Below are positions 1 through 9,479 of a stretch of DNA of 64,000 bases, in pieces (position 1 is the stretch's first letter; each line of letters opens with the position of its first letter). The stretch is from assembly GCA_038867615.1 (NCBI GenBank), contig JAWBYA010000001.1, forward strand, positions 352,001 through 416,000. Reading direction: 5' to 3'. Made by a program: the position numbers and the translations under genes. Under the pieces are notes generated by a model. It made no database searches. It was not told the origin of the DNA and saw only the letters and a program-made list of their open reading frames with translations. The DNA is from Sulfolobales archaeon. GTDB lineage: Archaea; Thermoproteota; Thermoprotei_A; Sulfolobales; AG1.

Positions 1-434
1 CTCTCTGCCGTCTCATCGTTATAGAATCTACTCATAATGCCCTCTCTATCTGGTCCGTTGTACTGGTATTCGTGGATTGCTAGTGCTGCTAGGGTTAGTT
101 CTACGATATCCCGGTCTATATCGCTTAGCTTAACAGCGATCTGGCTCATCATATTGGTAGGCATGACTGCAGCGACCCATTTATATCTCTCTATAACCCT
201 ACCTTCAGGTAGTTTTCTGTATCCCTCTATATCTTTAAGTTTATCTATGTTGCTTAGAGCTAGGTGTGATAGGTAGGATTTCCAGGCCTGGAAGGCTTTT
301 CCCGCAGCGTTTCTCAGCAGCCCTGCTCTCAGGAGTTTTTCGGCTAGCTCGAGCTCTACTACAGCTTCTGAGGCTCTTTTCTCGCTAAGACCTTCTAGAT
401 CTATTTCTACGGGTCTTGATCCCTTCTGCTCCAT
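1..434 (-). CDS. PaREP1 family protein (3' end runs off the window)
   Basis: Not in the ORF track because it has no stop inside the window. Manual translation from ATG at 434 gives MEQKGSRP...LLRNAAGKAFQAWKSYL...MPT...AIHEYQYNGPD, the PaREP1 signature motifs. Confidence 0.8.
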   Translation of the reverse strand, partial: MEQKGSRPVEIDLEGLSEKRASEAVVELELAEKLLRAGLLRNAAGKAFQAWKSYLSHLALSNIDKLKDIEGYRKLPEGRVIERYKWVAAVMPTNMMSQIAVKLSDIDRDIVELTLAALAIHEYQYNGPDREGIMSRFYNDETAE

Positions 435-560
435 GTTTTTACATCTCTCCAGAGGATCTTGATACCATTATTACTACTGCTAGCCATTTTATAAACAACA
501 CGCGATCCCTTCTGCTAGATCGTTTAAGCAGGCCTGTTTCGGAACTTCTGCGATGAGGAT

Positions 561-1622
561 CTATAAAGCCCTCTCCGAAGATAATGTTATATATACTATA
601 TACATGATCAGCACCGCTGTTACAAGTGCTAGCAGCTCCACCCAGCCCCAGTATTCCGCGCCCCGCATCGGCATTGCTCTCGCTATACCTATTATCGCTA
701 CAATGCTCTGTATCGGTATCCATTTCGCTCTATAAGCCCTCCCCATAATCCCTGGCAGTAATAGTGGTGTGCAGAGGGAGGCCATGATTACTGCTAGGAA
801 GCCTATCATGCTCATATGGATATAATCCACGCCCCTGATCCCTAGTAGAACTACGATCATGGATAAAACACCAAGGATCTTTGCTATAGAGGAGCCCAGC
901 CTATAGATATCCTCCACCCTTAGTTTTAGCGAGACCCCACCGATCTTGATCCTATAGAGGGGTATCACCACAAGCCCTGCTATCAATACAAGGCTCCTAA
1001 CCCCTGCTAGTGGTGAGAGGGCTAGAGAAGCTATTGAGAATGCTATATATGTATATAGCAGGGGTCTCGAGATCCTATAGCCATTTATATTAGGCTCAAC
1101 CCTCACCATAAGGCTGCACGCAGAGAGTAGGGGGAAGGATATGCTATAGAGAGGCCCTAGCCCGGCTGCGAGCGAGAGGGAGGAGTGGAGGAGACCGGCT
1201 AGTGTTAATATGTTTGGGAGCTTGAGGGGGGAGGATCCAATAGCCCTTCTATATAGATAGACAGATGCATGGATAAACCCCGAGAGAGCGATGATATAGA
1301 CCCATAACCAGCTCCCCAGGATCGCGAGAACCCCTCCAGAGATCTCGAGAACAGCTATCGATATGCTTAGAAGCGGGTGGGGCATGTAATAACCAGCATA
1401 GCCAGGCACTTGAGCCCACATAACACCAGAGTAGAAGAGCCTTACACCGAGGAGCATGAGCACCGCGTGCTCCCAAACAAGCCCCAGGGGTATTGAGAAG
1501 AGACCAAGGATCAGGAAAACCGACGAGGCTGTAACAAGAACCCTTGATGAGTAAACCCACACCCAGAACCTCCCGGTCTTGCCAGACTCCACAGCTCCCC
1601 ACCATAGTCTCTCAATACACAC
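561..1622 (-). CDS. Multi-pass membrane protein, possibly NnrS-like
   Basis: 353 aa with about 11-12 hydrophobic segments and intramembrane His residues. The family assignment is tentative. Confidence 0.5.
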   Translation of the reverse strand: MCIERLWWGAVESGKTGRFWVWVYSSRVLVTASSVFLILGLFSIPLGLVWEHAVLMLLGVRLFYSGVMWAQVPGYAGYYMPHPLLSISIAVLEISGGVLAILGSWLWVYIIALSGFIHASVYLYRRAIGSSPLKLPNILTLAGLLHSSLSLAAGLGPLYSISFPLLSACSLMVRVEPNINGYRISRPLLYTYIAFSIASLALSPLAGVRSLVLIAGLVVIPLYRIKIGGVSLKLRVEDIYRLGSSIAKILGVLSMIVVLLGIRGVDYIHMSMIGFLAVIMASLCTPLLLPGIMGRAYRAKWIPIQSIVAIIGIARAMPMRGAEYWGWVELLALVTAVLIMYIVYITLSSERAL

Positions 1623-1859
1623 CTATTATCCATACCATCTATCCGCAGTCACCCAATCCCAGCATCTTTGGTACCCAGTAGCTATACACGGGTAGCTTCT
1701 CGTAGACCACCTGCGCCGTTGGGCTCCTAAAGAATATCTGGGGATGGATCGGTGTAGTATTCAGGATCTGGGTTAGGGAAACTTAGTGACACGCTTATCA
1801 ACAAAGGATCCGCGGAGACCGGTAGCTCCTATATTAGGCTTATAACTCAAAATAGATAG

Positions 1860-2312
1860 CTAAACACGTTCCGCAGCCTCCTTGCTAGAAATAACTATAA
1901 CCTCGCGTCCCAACTGTTTTACAATCCTATCCCTTTCTGAGAGTATTTTTCTCAACAGTTTTCTATCATCGCTAACCAAAACGCCCCCTATCTCGTGTGA
2001 TGCAACCACGTATGATGCCTCATAGTAGGTGAATCCTATGTCGTGAGCCAGCCTTAAGATAGATTCTTTATCACGGGGCTCCACCACATTCACCATAGAT
2101 AGCAGCCTGGCTATATGGCTTAGCACGCTGATCGACTCCTCCAGGCTTATCCTCTTTACAAGCAGAGCTTCTTTCCACAATGCATTGCCGATCTCATAGG
2201 GGGTTATGGTTAGCGTATAACTACTGCGGATGATATCAAGCGCCCTGGGGCCGTAGAGCCTCACGGTGTTTAGCAACGCTGATGAGTCGTAGAGGAGTCT
2301 GGTATTCCTCAT
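1860..2312 (-). CDS. vapC: VapC PIN-domain toxin
   Basis: LLYDSSAL, PYEIGNALWK, TYYEASY and LVSDDRKL match the PIN acidic motifs. Overlaps the upstream antitoxin by 4 nt. Confidence 0.85.
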   Translation of the reverse strand: MRNTRLLYDSSALLNTVRLYGPRALDIIRSSYTLTITPYEIGNALWKEALLVKRISLEESISVLSHIARLLSMVNVVEPRDKESILRLAHDIGFTYYEASYVVASHEIGGVLVSDDRKLLRKILSERDRIVKQLGREVIVISSKEAAERV

Positions 2313-2536
2313 CTCTCTTCACGCGAGGATCTTATGATCTCTACCACTTCTTCTTCAGGGATCTTCGAGAGGATCTTTGATGCCTCTTCAAGACCTCTTC
2401 TTATCTCCTCCTCCTCTCTCCTCCTGATCTCTTCCTCCAGAGCCCTCCTGATCACCTGGCTCACATTAATTCTATACCTCTTGATCTTCTCATACAACTC
2501 CCTATCTATTCTAGCCGAAACCACAGCATCCCTCAT
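2309..2536 (-). CDS. vapB: VapB/CcdA-like ribbon-helix-helix antitoxin
   Basis: MRDAVVSARIDRELYEKIKRYRINVSQVIRRALEEEI, with a C-terminal IIRSSREER. Start placed at ATG 2536 after GGGTGG. Confidence 0.8.
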   Translation of the reverse strand: MRDAVVSARIDRELYEKIKRYRINVSQVIRRALEEEIRRREEEEIRRGLEEASKILSKIPEEEVVEIIRSSREER

Positions 2537-2839
2537 ACAGCCACCCATATACATTTTCTGTAGAACATACTAATATTACATAAGCTGCAATACATTTTAA
2601 GTTATACGCATAACAGCTATTACCAGACAGCTATCATCCTAACCTTACATAACTACCAGCCCCTGCACACCACGCATTGAATTGAAGATCGGGAGAAGAT
2701 CTCACAAACGCTTTTCAAAAGCCGTAGCAAGCTGTATAATTTTAATTTTTATGAAGACCTATAGTGGGTGTTATCAGTTTTCCCACCTAGATCTTTGTTT
2801 TTATAGATAAGCCTATAGGCTAAAAATATAATTTATAAC

Positions 2840-3090
2840 GATGTCTGCCCACGATGAGAGCGGCTATAAAGATCTAAAGGGCGGGTTAAAGGCAAAGAGA
2901 GCCAGGATGAGTTTTTCTACAGCTATGAGTCAGAGGTAAACTATGAGGGGGAGCTGTGGGTCGGGGTCTCTCTGAATGGGTGGAGGCCGAGGATATGGGT
3001 CCTGATGATAGGAGCCCTGAGGCCCACGAAGCCAAGGGAAAGAGCGGTTGATATTTTTACCAACCGCTATGGAGCACGAACCCCATGCTA
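2840..3090 (+). mobile_element. Probable decayed 3' end of an IS200/IS605-type tnpB
   Basis: One frame reads DVCPR*ERL*RSKGRV...LWVGVSLNGWRPRIWVLMIGALRPTKPR, resembling the Zn-finger and C-terminal tail of archaeal TnpB. Hairpin AGCGGTTG-N10-CAACCGCT at 3043-3068. Recognised by eye only. Confidence 0.35.
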
Positions 3091-3290
3091 GGATCGGTTT
3101 ACAGTAATGTCTCCACAAATACGTAGCCTGGACGAGGCCTGATGTTAATGATCCAGGTGATATGTGTTGCAAAATGGACATGCCTAAACATGGGATCGGT
3201 TGGGATATTGTCATACCTCATATTGACACTTCCGAATAACATTAAATATCAGCTTATAAACCCTCTAGCCTTAGGTATGTGGTGAGCCCT

Positions 3291-4187
3291 TTGTACCTCA
3301 GAATAGATAGACTCCAGATAAGTATTCCCGCACCCAAAGATCCGGATCCCAACGCTGCTGCCGCGCTCCAAGAGCTCCTTGGAGGAAAATTTGGCGAGAT
3401 GACGACACTGATGACCTATACTTATCAGTCGTTCAACTATAGGCTTCACAGAAACCCTGCGGTGAAGCCCTTCAGAGCACTTGTATCCAATATAGCTACT
3501 GAGGAGCTGGGACATATAGAGCTTGTATCTGCAGGTGTTAACGCGCTCTACGTAGGATCTACAAAGACAGCTCCTCCGGAGCAGACGCCGCTTAAACCTC
3601 TCAAAGATGCTAGGAACACCTACCATGTGATCAATACCGGCTTAACAGCCTTCCCAATGGATAGCCATGGGGCCCCGTGGAGGGGTGACTATATATTCGT
3701 GAGCGGCTCTCTAGAGCTGGATCTGCTCTTCAACTTCTTCCTAGAGGTTGGTGCTAGGCTGGCTAAGATGAGGGTCTATGAGATGACAGACAACCCAGTG
3801 GCTAGAGAGATAGCCGGGTACCTGCTAGTAAGGGGAGGGGTTCATGCAATGGCATATGGAAAGGCTCTAGAAGCCCTCACAGGTGTTGAGGTGTGGAGAA
3901 TGCTCCCAATACCGAAGGTGGAGAACTCCAAATTCCCCGAAGCGGCTAAATACGAGAAGATGGGTATCCACAGAACCCTCTATAGGTTCAGCCCAACCGA
4001 TTACAAAGAGGTAGAGCTTATATGGAGGGGAACCCATCCACAGGATAACCAGCCGCTTGTTGTCCGCGACGGCCCGCCGGAGGGTGGGGAATACCCAGAA
4101 CTACCAGAAGTTCCTGAAGAGTTCGCACCAGGTCTCTCTGGAGACGATTTTGTAAGAGTAGCTAAGAGGTTGGGTATACAGCTATAA
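3291..4187 (+). CDS. Manganese catalase
   Basis: YLRIDRLQI...GGKFGEM...IATEELGHIELV...FFLE...RGGVH carries the Mn-catalase ligand motifs. TTG start at 3291 after GGTGA. Confidence 0.92.
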   Translation: MYLRIDRLQISIPAPKDPDPNAAAALQELLGGKFGEMTTLMTYTYQSFNYRLHRNPAVKPFRALVSNIATEELGHIELVSAGVNALYVGSTKTAPPEQTPLKPLKDARNTYHVINTGLTAFPMDSHGAPWRGDYIFVSGSLELDLLFNFFLEVGARLAKMRVYEMTDNPVAREIAGYLLVRGGVHAMAYGKALEALTGVEVWRMLPIPKVENSKFPEAAKYEKMGIHRTLYRFSPTDYKEVELIWRGTHPQDNQPLVVRDGPPEGGEYPELPEVPEEFAPGLSGDDFVRVAKRLGIQL

Positions 4188-4321
4188 TCCTAAATGGAGT
4201 TTTTCCACACCATTATTTTTACTGGCTTTTCAATCATTCGGGCTCAGGGGGCTTAGGGTTTAGGGATCTATTGAGAGAGACCCCTTTATAGTTCGTCTGA
4301 GCATATTATGGTGTGTAGCTG

Positions 4322-5518
4322 CTATGAAAACAGATCCTTGGCACTATCCCTAACATATAGGGGTTCCCCGTCGACCAGTGTTGCGATTATCTCGAGCTCC
4401 TTGTTCATGATGACTATATCGGCTCTATATCCGGGTTCTATGAGGCCTATTCTGTGTTTATCTAAAAGCCCTAGGGATTTTGCTGGGGTTGTTGATGCCA
4501 TGTGGAATGCTTCGGATATGCTGTAGCCGAGGCTGGCTATGTTTTTGAACGCTCTATCCATGGTTAGGATGCTCCCGGCTATTGTATCGCTTCCAGGGAT
4601 TCTGGGTACGCCTTCCTCAACCTCTACCTCGAGATCCCCTAGCCTGTATTTCCCCTTATTCATCCCGGTTGCTGAGATTGAGTCTGTTATTAGGACAACT
4701 CTTTCGTGGGATGCGTAGTCTATGGTGAATTCAAGCATCTCTGGCGATACATGGATCATATCGGCTATTATTTCTAGGTAAACACTCCTGCTCTTTAGAA
4801 GGGCTGGAGCTGCTCCTGGATTTCTATGGTGGAAACCGCTCATAGCGTTGTATAGATGTGTTGCCCTCGAAGCCCCCAGGGTTATTGCCTTTATGGTTTC
4901 TCTATATGTTGCGTCTGTATGCCCCACCTGGACTATAACTCCTTTCCTGCGGGCCTCTTTTATGAGTTCCGTTGCACCCTCGATCTCTGGTGAGATTGTT
5001 ATGATCAGCTGGAGATCCCCTGCCTCTGATAAGTAGGATGAGAGCTCCTCGAGGCTTGGTCTCCTTATATACTCAACTCTATGGGCTCCAGCTCTTTTAG
5101 GATTTATATATGGTCCTTCGAGATGGATCCCAAGGATCTTTGCACCGCTCCTCATCCTGGAAGCAATGTTAACGGATCTACAGAATCTTTTGAGGATCTC
5201 GTGGGGCATGGAGACCGAGGTCGGTATATAGGATGTAACACCAAACCTGGTCACCATTCCGGAGAGCCTGGCTATATCCTCGCTAGATGCTGTGGTCACA
5301 TCAACCCCGAAAGCACCATGGGTGTGAGTGTCGATGAAGCCGGGGCCTGCTATGAAACCCTCGAGAGAGATCTCATCGTATCTCTCTAGATTTCTATAGG
5401 GCTCCTCACCAACATCAACGATATAGCCATCCTCGATCGCTATATAGCCCTTTCTAAAAACATGCCTGGGCGTGATGACCATGGCGTTTCTCAAGACAAG
5501 CCTAGCTATACCCTCCAC
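4322..5518 (-). CDS. nagA: N-acetylglucosamine-6-phosphate deacetylase
   Basis: PGFIDTHTHG, HLEGPY, GHTDA, THLYNAM, DMIHV, ITDS and AGS motifs. Confidence 0.93.
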   Translation of the reverse strand: MEGIARLVLRNAMVITPRHVFRKGYIAIEDGYIVDVGEEPYRNLERYDEISLEGFIAGPGFIDTHTHGAFGVDVTTASSEDIARLSGMVTRFGVTSYIPTSVSMPHEILKRFCRSVNIASRMRSGAKILGIHLEGPYINPKRAGAHRVEYIRRPSLEELSSYLSEAGDLQLIITISPEIEGATELIKEARRKGVIVQVGHTDATYRETIKAITLGASRATHLYNAMSGFHHRNPGAAPALLKSRSVYLEIIADMIHVSPEMLEFTIDYASHERVVLITDSISATGMNKGKYRLGDLEVEVEEGVPRIPGSDTIAGSILTMDRAFKNIASLGYSISEAFHMASTTPAKSLGLLDKHRIGLIEPGYRADIVIMNKELEIIATLVDGEPLYVRDSAKDLFS

Positions 5519-5657
5519 CCATGGTTTAGAGGCTTCATGGCCAATTTATATTAAGAGTAACTATCTATGGGTTTAGAGTGGCTAGTAGCTTTTAGACCAT
5601 TGTCTAGATAGTGGGTTATGATGGTTGGTCGGGGATTTGTGGGGATAATCTTTTGTT

Positions 5658-6899
5658 TTACTGCTCAGGCTTTCTATATGCTTCTACATACCATGGTATT
5701 TTTCTAGCCACGATCCCGAAGATCTCTTTCACCATTCTCTCAGAGGTTATTGGCGGGTTATACTCGCCCGCTGTCTGGGTTCTCCAGCCCAGGATCCTGG
5801 TTTCTCCTCTAGCATATCTAGCTATGGCCTCCATTTTGTCTAGCACTGGCTCTATCTCTCTCAATAGCTTTTTACTATATAGTGTCTCCCTCAGCTCCCT
5901 AGCTATCTCGAGGGCTTCTTCAGCGTTGTTTTTCGTTATGGTCTCCTCATCAAGATCCATGAAGCTAGCCTTGTTATATTCGAGGAATCTTTTGAACCAA
6001 TGCCTAGCACTCTTATTAACTATAGCGTCTACAGCCTCTGAAATGCTCCTCTCAGGATCGTAGGTTTTTTCGAAAAGAATGTTCGAGATCGTGTATAGAG
6101 GTATTTTAGACGCCTCAGGCTGGTTAGCAGGGTTAGATACATAGCCCGATACGAGTCTTGGCATATTGCTAGGCCTATTCCTTATAGCTCCTAGATGGAG
6201 TCTCGTGATCCCGTTGACTATGAAGTAGTCGTTAACTGGATAGTTATCCCATATAAAGGGTTTTCTCTTGATAAGCCTCGAGACTGCTTCAAGATCCTCC
6301 TCAGAGATCTTGTGGGAAGCAACCCACATACCTGTCCAGATAATATGGATCCCTGGATCTACTAGGGAGCCTAGCTCCGATAAGTAGTCATCTTTTAAGC
6401 CGTAGTAATATGTGGGGCAGAATACGAGGGCCCTGGGCTCTAGCTCTCCATAGATCTTGTTTACGAGAGAAGCCTGGGCTTCTGCGAGACTCCTATAACC
6501 CCTACCCCTCAGGATCGGGGGTACGTCGTCGAGGAAAATCGCTAGATCCTCTATCCCGTGCTCCATAATCTTCTGAAGCTTTCTCAACAATATCCTAACA
6601 TCATGGTTGGAGGAGTAATCAATATCAAGCCCAGGGCTCAGAGCAAAGACAACTCTAACACCGTATCTATTGGCAGCGCTAACAAGCATAGATAGCCTGT
6701 CTAGAAATTCAGGGGTATAGGGGTCTCTCCACCAGTCACGATGCATAGGATCCCATTTAGGGGCATATATATAGGTGTCGAAACCAAGCCTCCCCAGAAA
6801 CTCGATCATATAGATCCTATCCAGCCAGTTCCACGGCGTACCATAGAAACCCTCAACAATACCAAACACGATGACCAGCCGAGAGAGAATCACGAGCAT
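5658..6899 (-). CDS. GH84 beta-N-acetylglucosaminidase (O-GlcNAcase/NagJ-like)
   Basis: GIVEGFYGTPW, YIYAPKWDP, LSPG, FLDD (catalytic Asp-Asp), CPTYY, WTG and WDNYPVND. Confidence 0.9.
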   Translation of the reverse strand: MLVILSRLVIVFGIVEGFYGTPWNWLDRIYMIEFLGRLGFDTYIYAPKWDPMHRDWWRDPYTPEFLDRLSMLVSAANRYGVRVVFALSPGLDIDYSSNHDVRILLRKLQKIMEHGIEDLAIFLDDVPPILRGRGYRSLAEAQASLVNKIYGELEPRALVFCPTYYYGLKDDYLSELGSLVDPGIHIIWTGMWVASHKISEEDLEAVSRLIKRKPFIWDNYPVNDYFIVNGITRLHLGAIRNRPSNMPRLVSGYVSNPANQPEASKIPLYTISNILFEKTYDPERSISEAVDAIVNKSARHWFKRFLEYNKASFMDLDEETITKNNAEEALEIARELRETLYSKKLLREIEPVLDKMEAIARYARGETRILGWRTQTAGEYNPPITSERMVKEIFGIVARKIPWYVEAYRKPEQ

Positions 6900-7147
6900 G
6901 GTATTAAAACAAAAGCTAGTTGCACTGGGTATAGGGAGGCCTTATCTACTATAACCTAATGATCCTTGATTTCATGTGTATTTATATAGCACTATAGCTA
7001 GCATTGCAGCGCATGCAACAGAACCCAGCCTAGCTAATAAAAAGAATAGATGTAGATAGAAGCGTTATGGACCGGACATGATCCTCGGGTTATTCGTAAT
7101 ATCGGTTAAAAAACTACCAGTAGATCTTTATAGTTCTGTTAAGTTTT

Positions 7148-7834
7148 CTATGTGGTAATGAAATAGGGCTCTGTAACAGTGTCTGAGGAGACCAGGACTA
7201 TCCACTGTCCAGACATAGCATGACCTGGTACTCCGCACGCTATCCAGTAGACTCCTTTCTGGATAGATGTCGCTATCATCACTGTAGTCTCATCCTGCCC
7301 TATACCCTCTTTATATCCCGATATCCCGAGCTTTCCATCTGGTGCCCATGCGATGAGCTTTCCATCTTTGGTTGGATCAGTGCTTCTAGGTGTGGGCGTG
7401 TTGTTCGCTATTATCCCAACGCTGTGCGGTAGGTCGTCCTCGTTGATATACTTGACAATGAGGCTCCACCAAACGGGTATATATATTACTAATTTACCAT
7501 TACTGCTGCCGTTGAAATTATAGTGTCCCTCCTTTCCTCCATCGAACATTATATGTATGTCCTCGCATTTCTCTCCACCCTCCTGTTTAATTTCGCTTTC
7601 GTGATGGGTAACTAGAGTAACATATACGGTTTTATTCGAGTCATCGTGGGGCAGCCTCTTCCCTGTTATGGATGCTTTAGTAGGTGTTGGTGTTGAGGTT
7701 TGAGGGCTTACTGTTGGTGCCCGTTGGTAGGATACTAGGTAAATCGTTGCTACTGCTAGAATTATTACCGCTATTGCGATGACTGCTGTAGTTATTCTAC
7801 TTTCAGCCTTTCTTGTTTTCCTCATTACATTCAC
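7148..7834 (-). CDS. Membrane-anchored sulfocyanin (SoxE)-like blue copper protein
   Basis: N-terminal TM helix, Thr/Pro linker, NFNGSSNGKL, PHSVGII and YWIACGVPGHAMSGQW cupredoxin motifs. Confidence 0.85.
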   Translation of the reverse strand: MNVMRKTRKAESRITTAVIAIAVIILAVATIYLVSYQRAPTVSPQTSTPTPTKASITGKRLPHDDSNKTVYVTLVTHHESEIKQEGGEKCEDIHIMFDGGKEGHYNFNGSSNGKLVIYIPVWWSLIVKYINEDDLPHSVGIIANNTPTPRSTDPTKDGKLIAWAPDGKLGISGYKEGIGQDETTVMIATSIQKGVYWIACGVPGHAMSGQWIVLVSSDTVTEPYFITT

Positions 7835-7994
7835 CTTTACAAAATATAGTAGAAGATTTAAATATATAAATATTCAAAACTATACAAATATAAGATAATG
7901 TATTTATCTTTATACAAAGGTATAATGATCCTCGAGAGATCACGTGTCCCGAGATCGTAGAACTATTAGTATTAAAGACCTCTCTAAGAACATA

Positions 7995-8018
7995 GTCAAC
8001 ATTGAGTGGAATGTTGAC
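7995..8018. promoter_or_regulatory. Perfect 9-bp inverted repeat, candidate operator or hairpin
   Basis: GTCAACATT-GAGTGG-AATGTTGAC, in the divergent intergenic region between the sulfocyanin gene and the dehydrogenase operon. Confidence 0.4.
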
Positions 8019-8444
8019 CGAACCGAGTATGGTGGTAACGATGTAACAGCTCAGAGCATAGCTTCATATCACCGCCTAGGAGAAGGTAAAGAATAACAGG
8101 ATATTCAGGAATAGATGGTGGTTGATTGCTAACATTTCTGGATTTATTTCTTAAACAGGCTAAGAGTGGATTGTAAACGTACTATTGAACGCGATCTACA
8201 AGTCAACTGGAGGAGATATATTGGAAAAGATCTAGATAGTCGATGTCCTAGGCTCTAAGCTTTACGGCTTTTATGGCTCCACAGCATATAAGTATATATA
8301 TAAGATTAATTGATATTTAGAAATGGGAAGCTATATTGAGCATCTATAGAGTAGTAGAAATAGTAATCTCTATAGTCTTTATAACTGTATTCCTTGCGAG
8401 AGACATGGCTAGAATCCCTCCTCCATGGTTTAAGGTGAGACCCT

Positions 8445-9470
8445 ATGTCGGCTCAAGCTTCTGATAAATACTTGGTTCTCAGTTTCAGCCCTCTGCCAGC
8501 TGAGCTTATAAGGGCTCTGATAGCTCCCTATAGGTCTTTGCTGGATAGGGATGTTGATGTGGTTGTCTTTAGAGATGTGGGCAATTGGGAGAGGCTTTCC
8601 ACCCTGCTCAGATCGGTTGATGTTATAATAGGCGACTACACCATGGAGGTTCCTATAACGAGGGATATGTGCTATGCTATGGAGAGGGTTAGGCTTATAG
8701 CTCAGCCGAGCACGGGTTTCGATCACATAGATATAGAGGCGTGCGCCGAGAAAAGGATCCCGGTAGCCAATATAGGTGGAGCTAATGCTGTCACGGTAGC
8801 GGAGTACACCGTTATGGTAGCCCTAGCCCTGCTACGCAGACTTGTAGAGGCTCATGAGAGGACTAGGAGGGGGGAGTGGGTTCAGTGGGAGCTCATGGAG
8901 AAGGGTTCGTTCGAGCTTCAGGGCAAGACTTGGGGTATAATTGGTCTGGGCAGGATTGGGAGGGAGGTTGCTAGGAGGGTTAGGGGTTTCGATACCGATG
9001 TAATATACTATGATAAGGTTAGGTTTGAGGATGTGGAGAAAGAGCTAGGTGTAGAATATTCTCCTCTACCAAAGCTCTTGAGGACTAGCGATATAGTATC
9101 GCTACACGTACCCCTAACGCCTGAGACCAGGCGTATGATTGGTGAGAAGGAGCTAAGGCTGATGAAACCCACTGCGATCCTCATAAACCCGGCGAGGGGG
9201 GAGATCGTTGATGAAGAGGCTCTTGCCAGGGCTCTGGAGGAGAGGTGGATAGCTGGGGCTGCTGTTGATGTATATAGTAGGGAGCCTCCTGAGAAGGATC
9301 ATCCTCTCATAAGGCTTGCAGCTAGAGGCGATCTGAACTTGATTGTAACACCCCATATAGGTGGTGCTTCTACGGAGTCTAGGGCTAGGATAATCCAGGT
9401 TACGATAGAGAATGTTGTGAGGGTTCTAAGGGGGGAGAAGCCCTTGAATGTTGTTAACATGCCCACATAG
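8445..9470 (+). CDS. D-isomer-specific 2-hydroxyacid dehydrogenase
   Basis: GFDHID, VAEY, GIIGLGRIG, SLHVPLT, INPARG, DVYSREP and TPHIGG. Confidence 0.9.
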   Translation: MSAQASDKYLVLSFSPLPAELIRALIAPYRSLLDRDVDVVVFRDVGNWERLSTLLRSVDVIIGDYTMEVPITRDMCYAMERVRLIAQPSTGFDHIDIEACAEKRIPVANIGGANAVTVAEYTVMVALALLRRLVEAHERTRRGEWVQWELMEKGSFELQGKTWGIIGLGRIGREVARRVRGFDTDVIYYDKVRFEDVEKELGVEYSPLPKLLRTSDIVSLHVPLTPETRRMIGEKELRLMKPTAILINPARGEIVDEEALARALEERWIAGAAVDVYSREPPEKDHPLIRLAARGDLNLIVTPHIGGASTESRARIIQVTIENVVRVLRGEKPLNVVNMPT

Positions 9471-9479
9471 CGTGGGATC

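Noticed and set aside
3003-3020. Box C/D sRNA (TGATGA...CTGA)
   Set aside because: Only 8 nt separate the boxes and no convincing second box pair is present. It is better explained as part of the possible tnpB relic.
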